A stretch of 64,000 bases of DNA from Eledone cirrhosa (GCA_964016885.1 OZ024740.1:174282001-174346000), one strand, 5' to 3'; counted from the stretch's first letter, positions 23,668 through 36,053 are shown. Numbers and translations are program-made. Notes: a model not told the origin generated them from the sequence alone.

Positions 23668-25654
23668 TTATTTACCTTCCGGGCTCTTGTGAAGGTCGGG
23701 TTGTTCGACCTCCATAGTTGGTGGGGTTTCTTTTGGGAACCCCTTTAAAAGTCTTGAAGTGGGTTTTACGTTCGGGGTTCCCACATCCCGAGGAAAGCTG
23801 TCTCGTATTTCTTTGAATATATCGAGCGACATTCGCACCAGAACCAAATCTTCCGGCACGCGAAATGTGCTCGATTTAAAAATTTCCCCCTCTTTTTGTA
23901 TATTTTCACTTCGTGCTACGAGGGCCATCAGTTCCTTGTTGGCCCTCCTGACGAGCACGAAGTTTTGTATGTTTTGTTGGTGTGATTTTATTTGTTTGCG
24001 TGGCTGTGGTGGTGATGGTTTTGGTGGTGTTGTTTCGGTTGTATCTGTGTTTGTTGTGAGTGCGGTGTCTGTGGTTTCAGATGTTTGTGTGTATATTTGT
24101 TCTTGCGTCTGTTTAGGTTGTTTGCGTTTGGGGGATTATGGTGATGGTGATGGTGGTGGTGTTGATGTTGGTGTTATTGGAGAGATGTTTGCGTGGGTGG
24201 TGTCTGCGTTTTTAATTGTGGGTGATTTTGTGCTTTGTTGAGTTTTTTTTTTCTTTTTGTGTTTCCTTTTTTTTATTTTGGGGGATTTTGGTTTTCCCTC
24301 ATCTTCACTACTGGTAGATGAGGGGTCTGTGTCTGTAAGTGTATCTCTGTGTGTGTTTATGGTTTTATTGGTGTGTGTATTTTGGGGGGAGGGGGAATTT
24401 GACAGCTTTCCTCGTTCCCTCCTGGGTGGTCAATATTGGTGGTGGTCTTTGTATTGGTGTTGTTGTTGGTTGTTTTGCCGGTGCTGGTGTTGGTTGTGGT
24501 CCTCGCCCCAGCGTCGGCAGCAGTGGAACCTTTCGACCCCTTGCATCTTTCAGCAGTTGAGGGCAGAAGGCTCGCAAATGGTTTTTTTCCCCACAAACAA
24601 AACAATGCGGCCTGTTACGTTCTGTCATGATATGAATGACCGTCCCATTATGAAGGCGGATGTGGTCCGGGATTGTCTTCACATTCTCGGGCCTGATCTG
24701 TAGAAGGATCTCCAGGTCAACCTCGGACCAGTCCTCTCTGGCCGTTCTGGTCACGTCTATAGGGACGGTATCCGTCCCCTCCACAATCATACATCCCAGA
24801 AGCCACCACATGTCAAGTCCTGGTGGGATTCTGGGAATGTGGAGACGGGCCGTTCTTTTTCCCATGTGGGAGGGATACATTATGACCTTGCTGGTTTTGC
24901 AAGGAGTCATAGCGTGTTTCATAGCGAGGGCTTCTGACTTGAACAGCACCGAAATGGTGCCGTACTGTCTGCCCCTCGCTATGTATTCGGTGTCTTCTCT
25001 GATGCACCTCAGCGCGACTTCGACATCTGCTTGTGAGATTAAAGCTGCCCTTTTGGTTTGTGTTGAGATGCATCTATAATGCACCGTTCTGCGCTCCACT
25101 GCCTCAATAGCTTCTACCGGGACAGTTAAGTTGGCCCAGGTTTGCTTTTGCTTGATGAGCTTCCATGCCTGGGCCAACTTTTCATCTTTGTTTGAGAAGT
25201 CCATGTTGAAGCATGGCCTCTTTTTTGCTGCTGCCGCAGCGAAAGTGTTCTTCTTGTTTTCGTTGGGGGTGTTGTGGTCGTTGTCGTTGTTCTTGTTGGT
25301 GTTGTTGTTAGCACTTTCGCTGTTATCATTGTTGTCTTTGTTGCCACCGTTGTTCTCGGTGCAGTTGGTATTGTTGCTGTTGGTGTTGTCGCTATTTGTT
25401 TTCATGTTCATGGTGTTGATATTGTTGTTGTATTTGTTATTTTTTTTTTTGTTATCTGTATTTTCGTTGTCGCTGTAACTGTCATTTTTTTCAAAATTAG
25501 AGTTCTTATTGGTATCATTGGTGTCTTTGTTTACATTGTTTGTGGTGGTGTTTGTGTTATCAATTTGTGTTAATTTCGCTGTAGCGCTCCTCTCAACTTC
25601 CACGTCGTTGTCGCACGACAGCTGACATATCACTAGGGGACGTGGCTCAGCCAT
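23668..25654 (-). pseudogene. Tx1 ORF1 (gag-like, zinc knuckle), interrupted near 24365
   Basis: Asn-rich N-terminus, RRM-like region (RGRQYGTISVLF), CFVCGEKNHLRAFC, Pro/Thr linker, conserved C-terminal block. Confidence 0.82.
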
Positions 25655-25873
25655 GTTTTTTTTCTCCGTAAATGTTTTAACATGTAAAAAGAATTCAAAT
25701 ATTTGGGCCAAACGGCCCAAATATTTTACTTTCCCCTTCACAGGGCAAAGTCTTAGGGCTTATATCCCTTACACAACAAGAAATATTTAACAACAAATAA
25801 TTTTAACAGGCAAATAAAGCGACTTACTGGGAGCTAGCAAAATACGTCCGCTTAGACCAATAATAATAATAAT

Positions 25874-25916
<43 letters not shown>

Positions 25917-26159
25917 TTTTCTTTATTAACCACAAGGGTTCACATAAAGTAGACATTAAGGACAGTACAGGACAATACAGGACGGTACAAATGGGCATTT
26001 CTGCGTGTAAAAAAAACAGAGGTTGAAATAAAATAACAAAGAAAAATTCCCCAATAGGGGGGAGACTTCCAAGGGACATTTGTGGAGAAAGCCCATTAAA
26101 AGACCACAGTGGCCCTGACCACCAGGGCAAGTGCCCTCTCCCAGTTTTCCACCTTTAAT

Positions 26160-28235
26160 TTACAGACACATACTCAGAGAAGGCCCATTCATTCGGGCCA
26201 TACTTGCTTCTCTCACCCATCTTTCAACAAAATGCTGGGAAGAGAGTACTTCCCTCTCTACCCTGATTTTCCTTTTCAAATGAAATTTGAAAAAGTTAAT
26301 CAGGGCATCACCGAAGAGGTAAGTGCTCGTCTTCAGCCCTTTCAAACGTGTCCACCATACTATCTCTTTCGCCATGGCCACCAGACAGATAAAAACTGCC
26401 TGCCCTTCCAGGCTAAAGGAAGGGGGCGGGGCAATCCTCACGATGGACTCAGCTGATAGCTGGATCCGTCCTACACGTGACAGCAGGTGTTCGACATAAA
26501 CCCACAAGTCAGCAATGCTCGGACACTGGACGAGTGCGTGCAGGACGGTTTCGTCGCCCTGCGCGCATCTCGGACATGCCCGGCTGACGGCACCTCCATG
26601 CCTGTAGAGTTTATCCCGAACTGGCAAAGCTCCTCGGTAGCACTGCCAGGCCAGGGATTTCTGGAAGTTGTCCATAGGCCCCGGCCCGAAAGTCCTTCCG
26701 AAGAGATTGGCTAGTTGATTTTCGTCGACGCCTAGAGTTTCTCCAAGTACGTCGTCGCTCTTCCCCTCCACTAATCCCCTATAGAACGCCAAGGTGGAGT
26801 TTCCACCGATCACATTGCCTGATTGGCCGAGGGCTGTGAGCGCCTGAAGACATTCCAGTCTCCAAGCGCTCCCTCTCGGTCTTCGCTTGACCCAGGACTG
26901 CAGCTCCGTCAAGGAGACGAGCTGGGGAAAAACGTGTCTTGCAAACGGCGACCACACCTGATCACCGTCGAGGAAGAGGTGGAGATGTCGTAGCCTGAGC
27001 GCGTGTCTGCGCATCATCAGCCACGGCATGCCCAGCCCTCCACGTAGCGGGTGTTGACAGCAGATGGACCGCCTGACCATCGGAGCGCGTCCCTTCCACA
27101 AGAAGCGAAAGAGCAAACGCTCCAGCGCAGTCAGGCGGGGCTTAGGACAAGGTACGACGGTCAGGCGGTAGTAGATGACGGATGCGATGTACGCATTCGC
27201 CACCTCCGCTCGACCCTTCAGGGATAGCTTCCTCTCGGCCCATTTCTGGGTGAGAGAAGCCACCCTGCTCGTCACCTCGTCCCAGTTTTTGTCCGTCTGG
27301 AGGTCTGGACCGAACCAGACCCCTAGCAATTTAACCGGTCCGTCCGTCCAGCGCCCGACGACGCTGTTGGACGGCATGGACCTGCCTCTCCAGGTGCCGA
27401 GCTGCAGGCCCACTGACTTTTCCTGGTTGATCATTGCTCCTGTCACCGCTTCGTATTCTCTTAATGTAGTGCCGATCGCCTCGATGTGTTTGGCGTTCGA
27501 CACCACTACGGTGACATCGTCGGCATATGCTGACACGGATCTTTCGCATCCTAGTTCGCGCGGGACCCCCCTCAACGTCTCCAGTTTGTGCAGTAATGGC
27601 TCGAGAGTCAATACGTACAATAGGGACGAGAGGGGACATCCTTGGCGGACCGAGCGCATGATGTTGAACGGTTCCGAAAGGTGACCGTTCACTCTCACTA
27701 CAGAGCAGATGTCGCTGTGCATGGCAGCGATCCAGCCTCTGAAGACGGGCCCAAAGCCAGCCGCCCTCAGGACTGCCGTTAGGTAACGATGGTCGACCCT
27801 ATCGAAGGCTTTCGACTGATCTAAATTGATCAAAGACCCACCCGTGCCAGGTTCCCTAGCTACCCTCTCTACGATGTATCGCATGAGGTGGAGGTTGTCG
27901 TGGATGGATCTGTCGGGAATGGCGCATGTCTGTGCCTCTCCCACCAGACCACCAACGACAAGCGCCAACCTCTTTGCTAGCACCTTGGCCAAAATCTTGA
28001 ACTCTGTGTTTAGCAGAGTTATGGGCCTAAAATTATCTATGTTATCCCCCTTGTTCGGATCCTTTCTCAGCAGCGCCACCGCTCCTCGGCTCACAGAGCT
28101 GGGAATTCTCCCGTTCTGTTGCCAGTTGCAGTAGACGTCCGCCAAGAGGCCTCCGAACAAGTTTGGCATTTGTACGTAAAGTTCATAGGGCAGACCATCC
28201 AAACCAGGCGATTTACCCCTTGTGCAACTAGTCAT
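26160..28235 (-). CDS. uninterrupted 691-aa RT plus C-terminal CCHC portion of Tx1 ORF2
   Basis: KSPGLDG, FRPITLLN, DQSKAFD, VRQGCPLS, AYADD, CPRC..ETVLHALVQC. Confidence 0.9.
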   Translation of the reverse strand: MTSCTRGKSPGLDGLPYELYVQMPNLFGGLLADVYCNWQQNGRIPSSVSRGAVALLRKDPNKGDNIDNFRPITLLNTEFKILAKVLAKRLALVVGGLVGEAQTCAIPDRSIHDNLHLMRYIVERVAREPGTGGSLINLDQSKAFDRVDHRYLTAVLRAAGFGPVFRGWIAAMHSDICSVVRVNGHLSEPFNIMRSVRQGCPLSSLLYVLTLEPLLHKLETLRGVPRELGCERSVSAYADDVTVVVSNAKHIEAIGTTLREYEAVTGAMINQEKSVGLQLGTWRGRSMPSNSVVGRWTDGPVKLLGVWFGPDLQTDKNWDEVTSRVASLTQKWAERKLSLKGRAEVANAYIASVIYYRLTVVPCPKPRLTALERLLFRFLWKGRAPMVRRSICCQHPLRGGLGMPWLMMRRHALRLRHLHLFLDGDQVWSPFARHVFPQLVSLTELQSWVKRRPRGSAWRLECLQALTALGQSGNVIGGNSTLAFYRGLVEGKSDDVLGETLGVDENQLANLFGRTFGPGPMDNFQKSLAWQCYRGALPVRDKLYRHGGAVSRACPRCAQGDETVLHALVQCPSIADLWVYVEHLLSRVGRIQLSAESIVRIAPPPSFSLEGQAVFICLVAMAKEIVWWTRLKGLKTSTYLFGDALINFFKFHLKRKIRVEREVLSSQHFVERWVREASMARMNGPSLSMCL

Positions 28236-28715
28236 TGCATCCCGTACTTCAGCGGTTGTTATCGGCTTTTCGCAACACTCCGCCTCAGTGGCCGAAAGGT
28301 CTCCAGACGCCGGAAGAAATCAGGCCGCCCTGCTCCTGTCGGGGCATAGACGGCCACTAACCTGAAAGCTTGCCCGTCTCCGCTGGTCACGTCCAGCACC
28401 ACCAACCTACCTTCTGGGTCCAGGAAGATGGCCCGTATGGCAAGATCCAAACCTCTCCGAAAAAGCACAGCAACTCCTCCCCCCGATCCCGGACGGCTGG
28501 GAGATGCGTACACATCGTAGCCGCCGAAGATCGGTGCGAAAGCCTGTGCTTCGGAGATTCTGGTCTCGCTGATGGCCACTACATCTATGTTTAGTGACCT
28601 GAGGTCGTTGAGCAGGTGGCCCTGCTTCCATGACGACCCCAAGCCACGCGCATTTATGCTGCCTATTCTGAGTGAGGTCATGTTGAAAAGGAGTGGAAAA
28701 GATGGGAAAGACCAC

Positions 28716-30558
28716 TTACCTTACTTCTCGTAGGGGAAGGACGGTTTTTCCATCCTTTTCACTGCTTGTGGCCTCCTCAGGAAGGATGTCCTTATAAATC
28801 CTCCTGGAGAGTGCTTGTCGGAAGTCTCCGATGTCTTTGGGGAATTTTTGTTTTAGTGTCATGTACGTTTTCTGTGTGATGCGAGTGATTTGTATGTGTG
28901 GAGGTGGTGTGAATTTTGGGGTTGTTGTGTAGTCTTTTTCTGTGATGCTGGTGTTGTGTTGGATGTAGTGCAATAATTGCTTGTTGTTCAAATTTAATGC
29001 TGTGTAGTGTGTATCGTTTTGGTTGTTTTGTTTTGTTTGCGTTTGTTGTGGGTTTGTTTCTGTTTCGCATTTTGGTGACTTTTGTGGTGTAGGTGATGGT
29101 GGTGTTGGAGTTAATGATGGTGATGGCGTTGGTGTTTGGGTTGATGGGGTTGGTGATGCTGGTGTGGATGGTGGCATATCTGTCCTAACTTTTTTGTTTC
29201 TTAGTTTATTTGTTTCCCTCTGTATTTTGTTTTTGGAGGGGGAAGGAAGAGAATTTTTTCTTTTTTGGTTTCTTTTCTTTTTTCCGGATATCGTTTCCCA
29301 CTCCTTGTCGTCACAATCTGTCTCCAGTTGTGATAGGCCGGGAGTGGAAAATTCTCCACAGCCGTTAGTTTTGGTTGTGGTGTGGTGGATGGTGTAGGCG
29401 CTGGTGCTAGTTCTGAAGCGTTGGGTGGTGGTGGTGTTGGTTTTGCTGGTGGTGGTAGTGGTGTTGGTTTTGCTACTGTTGCTGGGGTTGTTGCTGTTAT
29501 AGTTGCTTCTGTTGTTGCTGCTACAGTTGTTGCTGGCATCTCTGCTACTGGTGGTGTTGATGGTTGTGTCACTGGGGTGGGTAGGAGAGGTGGCCTCAAC
29601 CTTTTAGCCTGAGGGCAGAAAGCCCTTAGGTGGGTTCCTTCACCACAAACGACACACCTAGGTCTTCTGCCCTCGACAATTACCGTGAGGTGGCTGCCGT
29701 CAGTGAGGTCTATTACCTCTGGGATCTCCTCAATGCTTTTTTGGTCCGCTTGGATCAGGAGCTCCATCCCAGATCCGGACCAGTTTTCCTGCTTTTCTTT
29801 TGCTATTGTTATTATTTTCGTGTTGGCCTCGATGCCGGCGATGACAGCCGCTATTAGCCAGGGAATTTCGATGGCCGGTGGAACGTGGGTCACCCTGATC
29901 TTTACGAGTCTCTGGCCACAATAGCTTGGGACGAGTGTGAAGTCGTCACTTTTTAATGGGGCCATGGAGTGTTCTCTAGCCTCCTCTGGTGTTTCAAAGA
30001 ACACATCCACGGTTCCATACTTTTGCCCACGTCTAATGTGGGTTTTTCTTGCCCACACATGTCCCAAAGCTTTTTGGATTTGGGACTCGGATGCCCGTTC
30101 CACTCGGCGCGATTTTACATTTATTGTTCTATACGACACGGTGCATAGGCGCCGATGCTCCATTTTATTAGGTGGGGGGTGAGGCTGACCCTGTACCCAT
30201 CTTTCTTTACCATTTGTTTGGCATTTTCTAAATCTTCTTGAGTTACCGTGAACGCTTCGAATTGTTTTGCTACGATGGCGAAACTGAGGGTCGGTTTTAT
30301 AATGTCATTGTTGTTGTTGTTGCTATCGTTAATATTAATTTTTTTTTCAGTTGTGGTGGTGGTGACGTCAGTCGTCTTTGGTGGGGAAGAGTCCATTTTG
30401 CTTGATTTCATTTCGACGTCACGAGTTAATTTATTTTTTTCTTCTTTTGTTTCTGTTGTCGCGGTGGTGGTGGTGGTTGTCGCGGTGGTGGTGGTGGTGG
30501 AGGCTTTAACACCTGCAGTCATTGGTAATGGCGGGAAATGAATGTCTGCCTGAGACAA
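28716..30558 (-). pseudogene. Tx1 ORF1, frameshifted
   Basis: Pieces 30121-30558, 29201-30163 and 28716-29177 are homologous to copy 1 ORF1. Confidence 0.82.
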
Positions 30559-30928
30559 ATTTAAAATATTGCTACTGCTTATATTTTTTTTGTGTTGGCA
30601 AACGTAGTAACATTTACAATGGTGGTGTTGGTGTGAGGTGTTATTTTGTGAGGAAGGCTTTCAGCTGCTTCGTGCAGAGGGGAATTAGCCATTTTTTTTC
30701 AAAGAAATTTTTGGATAATAATAAAAGTTAAAATTTTGGGCACAAGGCCCCAATCTTTTTGGGTGTCCTTTTCGGAAAACAATGTATGTGTGCTTATAAA
30801 CAGTTTACAATAAAATTTTCCATAAATGGCAATTTTTAAACAAACGGAAATAACAAACCTTTGCGGAGCTCACGATAATACGATTTCCTACGTAGGTCGC
30901 CAATAATAATAATAATAATAATAATAAT

Positions 30929-33095
30929 GATTTCTTTATTGGCCACAAGGACTGACATCAAGAAAAAACATTACAGACGACACAGGACGGTATGATGTGG
31001 GTTTTGTGCGTGTAAATATTTTTATTATTTATATAAGAAAAGAAAAAAAAGGACATAGAAACATATATATATATAAACAATAAAAATGAAAATTGAAACA
31101 ATGAAAAATTTCCCAATTGGGGGGAAACCTCCGAGGGTTATTCGTGGCGAAAACCACACAAAAGACACGGCCACCCTGACCACCAGGGCAAGCGCCCTCT
31201 CTCAATTTTTCCATTTCTCAAACTGCAGACGTATATTCAGAGCGGTCCCGTTCACTCGAACCATTCTCGCTACATTCACCCACCTTTCAACAAACTTGCT
31301 AGAAGGCAGCACTTGCCTCTCCACCCTGATTTTCCTCTTCAAGTGAAACTTGAAACAGTTAATTAGGGATTCGCCGAAGAGTAAAGTGTCTGTCTTTAAC
31401 CCTTTTAACCTAGTCCACCACACAATCTCTTTCGCCATGGCCACCAGGCAGATGAAAACCGCCTGCCCTTCCTCCTCGAAGGAAGACGGCGAGACCATCT
31501 GCACAATGGACTCAGTCGATAACCGGATCAGTCCTACACGCGACAGCAACTGTTCGACATAGCTCCACAAGTCAGCAATGCTTGGGCACTGAACGAGTGC
31601 GTGCACGACGGTTTCGTCGCTCTGCGTGCATCTCGGACAGGCTCGGCTCACGGCACTTCCGTGCCTGTAGAGCTTATCTCGAACCGGCAGCGCGCCTCGG
31701 TAGCACTGCCAGGCCAGGGATTTTTGGAAGTTATCCATAGGCCCTGGGCTGAAAGTTCTCCGGAAGAGAGCAAACTGCTGATCTTCTTCGACGCCCAGGA
31801 TCTCTCCGAGAATGTCGTCGCTCTTCCCCTCCACTAGTCCTCTATAGAACGCCGAGGTGGATGTTCTACCGATACAGGTGCCCAGCTGGCAGAGGGCAGT
31901 GGACGCCTGGAGACATTCCAGTTTCCAGGCGCTATCCCTCGGTCTTTTTCTGACACAGGACTGCAGCTCCGTCAAGGACACGAGCTGTGGGAAAACGTGC
32001 CTGGCGAACGGCGACCACACCTGTTCACCGTCAAGGAAGCACCAGAGATGTCGCAGCCTCAGCGCATGTTTGCGCATCATCAGCTATGGCATGCCCAGTC
32101 CTCCACGCAACGAGTGTTGACAGCAGATTGATCGTCTGATCATGGGAGCGCGTCCCTTCCACAAAATGCGGAAGAGGAGGCGCTCCATTTTGGTGAGAGT
32201 TGGGCTGGAGCAAGGGACGACGGTGAGGCGATAGCAGATGACGGATGCGATGTACGCATTCGCCAGCTCCGCCCGGCCTTTCAGGGACAGCTTCCTCTCG
32301 GCCCATTTCTGGGTGAGGGAGGTCACCCTGCTCGTCACCTCGCTCCAGTTTTTCTCCATCTGGAGGTCCGGTCCGAACCAGACCCCGAGCAATTTAACCG
32401 GTCCGTCCGTCCAACGCCCCACGACGCTGTCGGACGGCATGGACTTACCTCTCCAGGTGCCGAGCTGCAAGCCCACCGACTTTTCCTGGTTTATCTTTGC
32501 TCCTGTCACCGCTTCGTATTCCTTGAGAGCGGTGCCGAGCATCTGGACGTGTCTGGTGCTCGACACCACCACGGTGACGTCGTCGGCGTAAGCCGACTCG
32601 GTTTCCCGCATCCTAGTTCGCGTGGGACGCCCCTCATCGCCCCCAGTTTGTGCAGTAACGGCTCGAGAGCCAATACGTACAAGAGGGACGAGAGGGGACA
32701 ACCCTGGCGGACTGAGCGCATGATGATGAACGGCTGCGACAGGTGACCGTTCACCCTCACAACTGAGCAGATGTCGCTGTACATCGCTGCGATCCAACGC
32801 CTGAAAACGGGCCCGAAACCCGCTGCCTCGAGGACCGCCGCCAGGTACCGATGGTCGACCCTATCGAATGCTTTGGATTGATCCAAGTTGATCAGGGCCC
32901 CACCCGTGCCAGGTTCCTTAACCACCCTCTCTATGATGTATCGCATGAGGTGGAGGTTGTCGTGTATGGATCTGTCCGGAATGGCGCATGTCTGCGCCTC
33001 TCCCACCAGACCCGAAATTATCGATAACATCCCCCTTGTTCGGGTCTTTTCTCAGTAGCGCCACTGCTCCCCGGCTCACAAAACTGGGAATGCTC
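30929..33095 (-). mobile_element. L1/Tx1-type LINE copy 3, 5'-truncated, frameshifted
   Basis: RT and CCHC fragments homologous to copy 2; small internal deletion at ~33012; AAT repeats at both ends. Confidence 0.92.
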
Positions 33096-33106
33096 ATAAT
33101 AATAAT

Positions 33107-33292
33107 TGTTTCTACTTTAGGCACAAGGCCAGCAATTACCCAGTGCATTACTGGTACTTTATTTTATCGAGCCCGTAAGGATGAAAGGCAAAGTCAACCT
33201 CGGCGGGATTTGAACTCAGATCGTAAAGGTACGTAACTATGCCTGAAAGCATGGCGTCCGGCCCTCTACCGATACTGCCAATCCACCGCCCT
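33107..33292 (-). mobile_element. full-length tRNA-derived SINE at the 5' junction of Tx1 copy 3
   Basis: Same family as 3659-3848; TSD aatgctcataataataat at ~33089-33106 and ~33293-33310. Confidence 0.92.
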
Positions 33293-33327
33293 AATGCTCA
33301 TAATAATAATAATTATTATATATATAT

Positions 33328-33332
<5 letters not shown>

Positions 33333-33397
<65 letters not shown>
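33333..33397. repeat. (GA)n microsatellite
   Basis: Seen directly. Confidence 0.97.
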
Positions 33398-33399
<2 letters not shown>

Positions 33400-33406
33400 T
33401 GAGAGT

Positions 33407-33593
33407 GAGAGAATACACGAAATGGAACCTGACGCCCGAAAGAATAATAGGTATGCCTTCAGCCATGGGGTCAATCCTATCGGGTGTGCTAGCAATATCG
33501 TATATGGACCAACTGGAATGCAAAGCGCCCAACACCTGCCACCCAAACGATGCCTTCTTCTCAAGATAAGGGGATAATATCGTCACCCTCACG
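33407..33593 (+). mobile_element. Penelope-like RT fragment, internally deleted
   Basis: HEMEPDARKNNRYAFS joined to MGSILSGVLAISYMD..CHPN, matching the PLE at 55143-57805. Confidence 0.85.
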
Positions 33594-33599
33594 TGAACA

Positions 33600-34115
33600 C
33601 AACCCCGAGATACTTGAACTTCTCCACCTGCTTCAGTGGTACTCCATTTACATGGAGAGTGCACTGCGCAGGCCTCAGTTTTCGCATCATTGATTTTAAT
33701 TCCAGCCATGCAGCGCTCGGCCTCAAACCTATCAATGCATGCAAGTCGGAGGTCACCTTCTCTCAAGTTAAGTATAACTATGTCGTCTGTAAATTCCAGC
33801 CCACTGATTCTACACCTGCCAGTCGTGATAGTATTTCTAATCCGGCTACGCATATCAATCCTGTTCATGAAAATAATGAACAAGAGCGGTGACAGTACAC
33901 ACCCATTGCTGTGCCCGACACCCGTATTAAATGGTTTCGATTTAGTACCATTTATTCGGACACAAATACTCAGGTATTCGAATAAAGACATCAGGGCAAC
34001 GAGAAGCTGACCATCGATCCCATGCTCCTGCAGATCCTTCCACAGCAGGTCCCGTGGAATGCGGCCACTTACCTATTCAAGGTTTACAAAGCAGGAATAC
34101 ACCTTTTGGCAGTAC
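33600..34115 (-). mobile_element. RTE-clade LINE RT fragment
   Basis: VRINGTKSKPF..GCVLSPLLFIIFM..FTDDIV. Confidence 0.8.
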
Positions 34116-35409
34116 TCCCTTAATTCATAATAGTGTTTTTCTTTAGCCTCATTATTATTGTGTATTTAGAACGTATTCCTCTTGCTTATTTTCATTTCAT
34201 TTCGATCTGTCTTGTGGTTTCCTCATTGGATTCAGTAAAGTGGACAGAAAGGACAATATACTACAGGCTTGATTCCTAAAATCGTGTGCAACCTCTAAAT
34301 ATTATTCGATTAATCTATAATTCAGCATACCCCGTTATTCCATTGGTTTAAATACGAGCGTAATCAGCATGATTGTTTGCAAAATAGAACACCCTAATGT
34401 ATATATATTTTTATGATTATATATCAAATGATAATTATGTTAATGCTGTGAACTTTGAACCGAACTGTTCCATGCTTAATAAATATTAATGTGTGTTCAA
34501 GGCCAAGACACCTAATTTATATACATAATATTATACTGCTATGCTGCTTAATATACAAATCGTACCATGAATGCCAAACCCTTTCAAGATGCCATTTTGA
34601 TGCATTTAATTAAATTATTTTCACTGCCTTGAAATGAAACGGATGTAAAAAGATTTAATGTCGGTATTTACACACTTTAGTGATTTACTTGTTTACTTTT
34701 GTAATTAATTTTTGGTATCTGAGTTTCTTTTTCTTTTCTAATTTAAGATCTCCGATGTGACATAGAGGTTCATGACTATTAAACGAGTTCTCCTTATATG
34801 ATCAAATTAAAATAAATTACATGCAAATAACTACAGTGTCAGTGTTTAAGGCAGGTGTTATAAATTATGACAAGACGTGAAGAATATGAATTGTGGGAAA
34901 GACAGGGGAGATAATATAACAGAAATGTGAAAGAGAAAATCCAGATGTTGAGGTGGTTTCACTGAAAATCGTTTTCTGTTGCGTGCGATTAATTCAATGC
35001 GCGAAAGTAAGTCAAAAGATTTGTCCCTAAAATTCACTCAAAGGGTTATGAATTAAAAACAAATAAACGAACTTTTGCCTAAAGACTGGTTATTAAATTC
35101 AAGAAAGTACACAAGGACTATACCGATGTCATAATAGCTGAACAATGGAAATCAAAAACACTACCCAGCTAAACTACTAATTAAACAGTCCTCTGTTGTT
35201 TTGTTACACCGAATGACTCCATGAACGATAGTCACGGGATACGATGTTGTAAAAAAGACAGCACTGAATTGTGTAACTGTGTTATGCTGCGAATTCATTT
35301 AAATAATTCAGTTCTTTCATAATTAACACTTTGCCGTATTTCCGTCATGTTAAATAGTTATGTACAATTTCACATATTGAGTTGCTTTATATATATCTAA
35401 AGTCTGTCT

Positions 35410-35545
35410 TAAGCCAGAAGGCTCATTTGGCTGATGCTTATCCCGGTTTCATGGCGTGAAGCGACTGAAAGTACAAGACTTCTCCCTGGACAGGACGCCA
35501 GTCCATCGTAGGGTGAAACTCGCAGCTATTGCTGGTACTCAGAAG
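35410..35545 (-). mobile_element. SINE 3' fragment of a different family
   Basis: Minus strand CGATGGACTGGCGTCCTGTCCAGGG..AGTCGCTTCA..GAAACCGGGATAAGC resembles a widespread invertebrate SINE tail (from memory). Confidence 0.6.
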
Positions 35546-36025
35546 TGAGTGAGAGACAGAGAGAGAGAACGTTTGTTTTTGAGTGTGTTAGGAACGCGGA
35601 AGGAGGAGAAACAAAGAAAGAAACTAACAACGAAGAGAACTTATTACATTTCATACCAAACAACAATTATTCAAAAGCAACAGATAAATTTATTCAACAA
35701 CAAAAAAAAAATAGTGAAAAATCTTTTTTAAAACATCTCTCAACGAACGTGGAAGAACACATGCTCAAACAGACACCCAAACACACATACATAAACAAAG
35801 AAAGAAACTACCATTTGTATCAGTTTATTTACTATACACAATAATATCCTCTATGAGGTCACTATACCTGCTAGAAACAGCAGCTAACTCTCCCCCATAT
35901 CACACCCCTCCATACTGTCTTAAATTTAGAAAACACACATTAGACAACCACCCCTAATAAATAGACAGGATATCAAATCGATTCGACTAAAAGTCGGGTG
36001 CAACCTAACTTTGGTAACTTACTGA

Positions 36026-36053
36026 CCCCGAGCAACGCCGGGCTTTAATGCTA

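Larger units (their letters stand above)
22014..25858 (-). mobile_element. L1/Tx1-type LINE copy 1; both termini present, RT deleted
   Basis: ORF1 with CCHC knuckle, APE domain and tether, then a jump at ~22325 to the last ORF2 codons and 3' UTR; (AAT)n on both sides. Confidence 0.92.
25916..30901 (-). mobile_element. L1/Tx1-type LINE copy 2; both termini present, most of APE and tether deleted
   Basis: ORF1 28716-30558 (CVVCGEGTHLRAFC), APE N-half from 28681, junction at ~28296, RT ORF 26160-28235; (AAT)n on both sides. Confidence 0.93.

Noticed and set aside
23759-25573. long antisense ORFs over Tx1 ORF1 and other LINEs
   Set aside because: They are shadow ORFs caused by low-complexity or GC-rich codon usage on the opposite strand.
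34120-35400. unique-looking DNA that might hold host exons
   Set aside because: No ORF with a recognisable domain and no supportable splice structure; needs RNA-seq.
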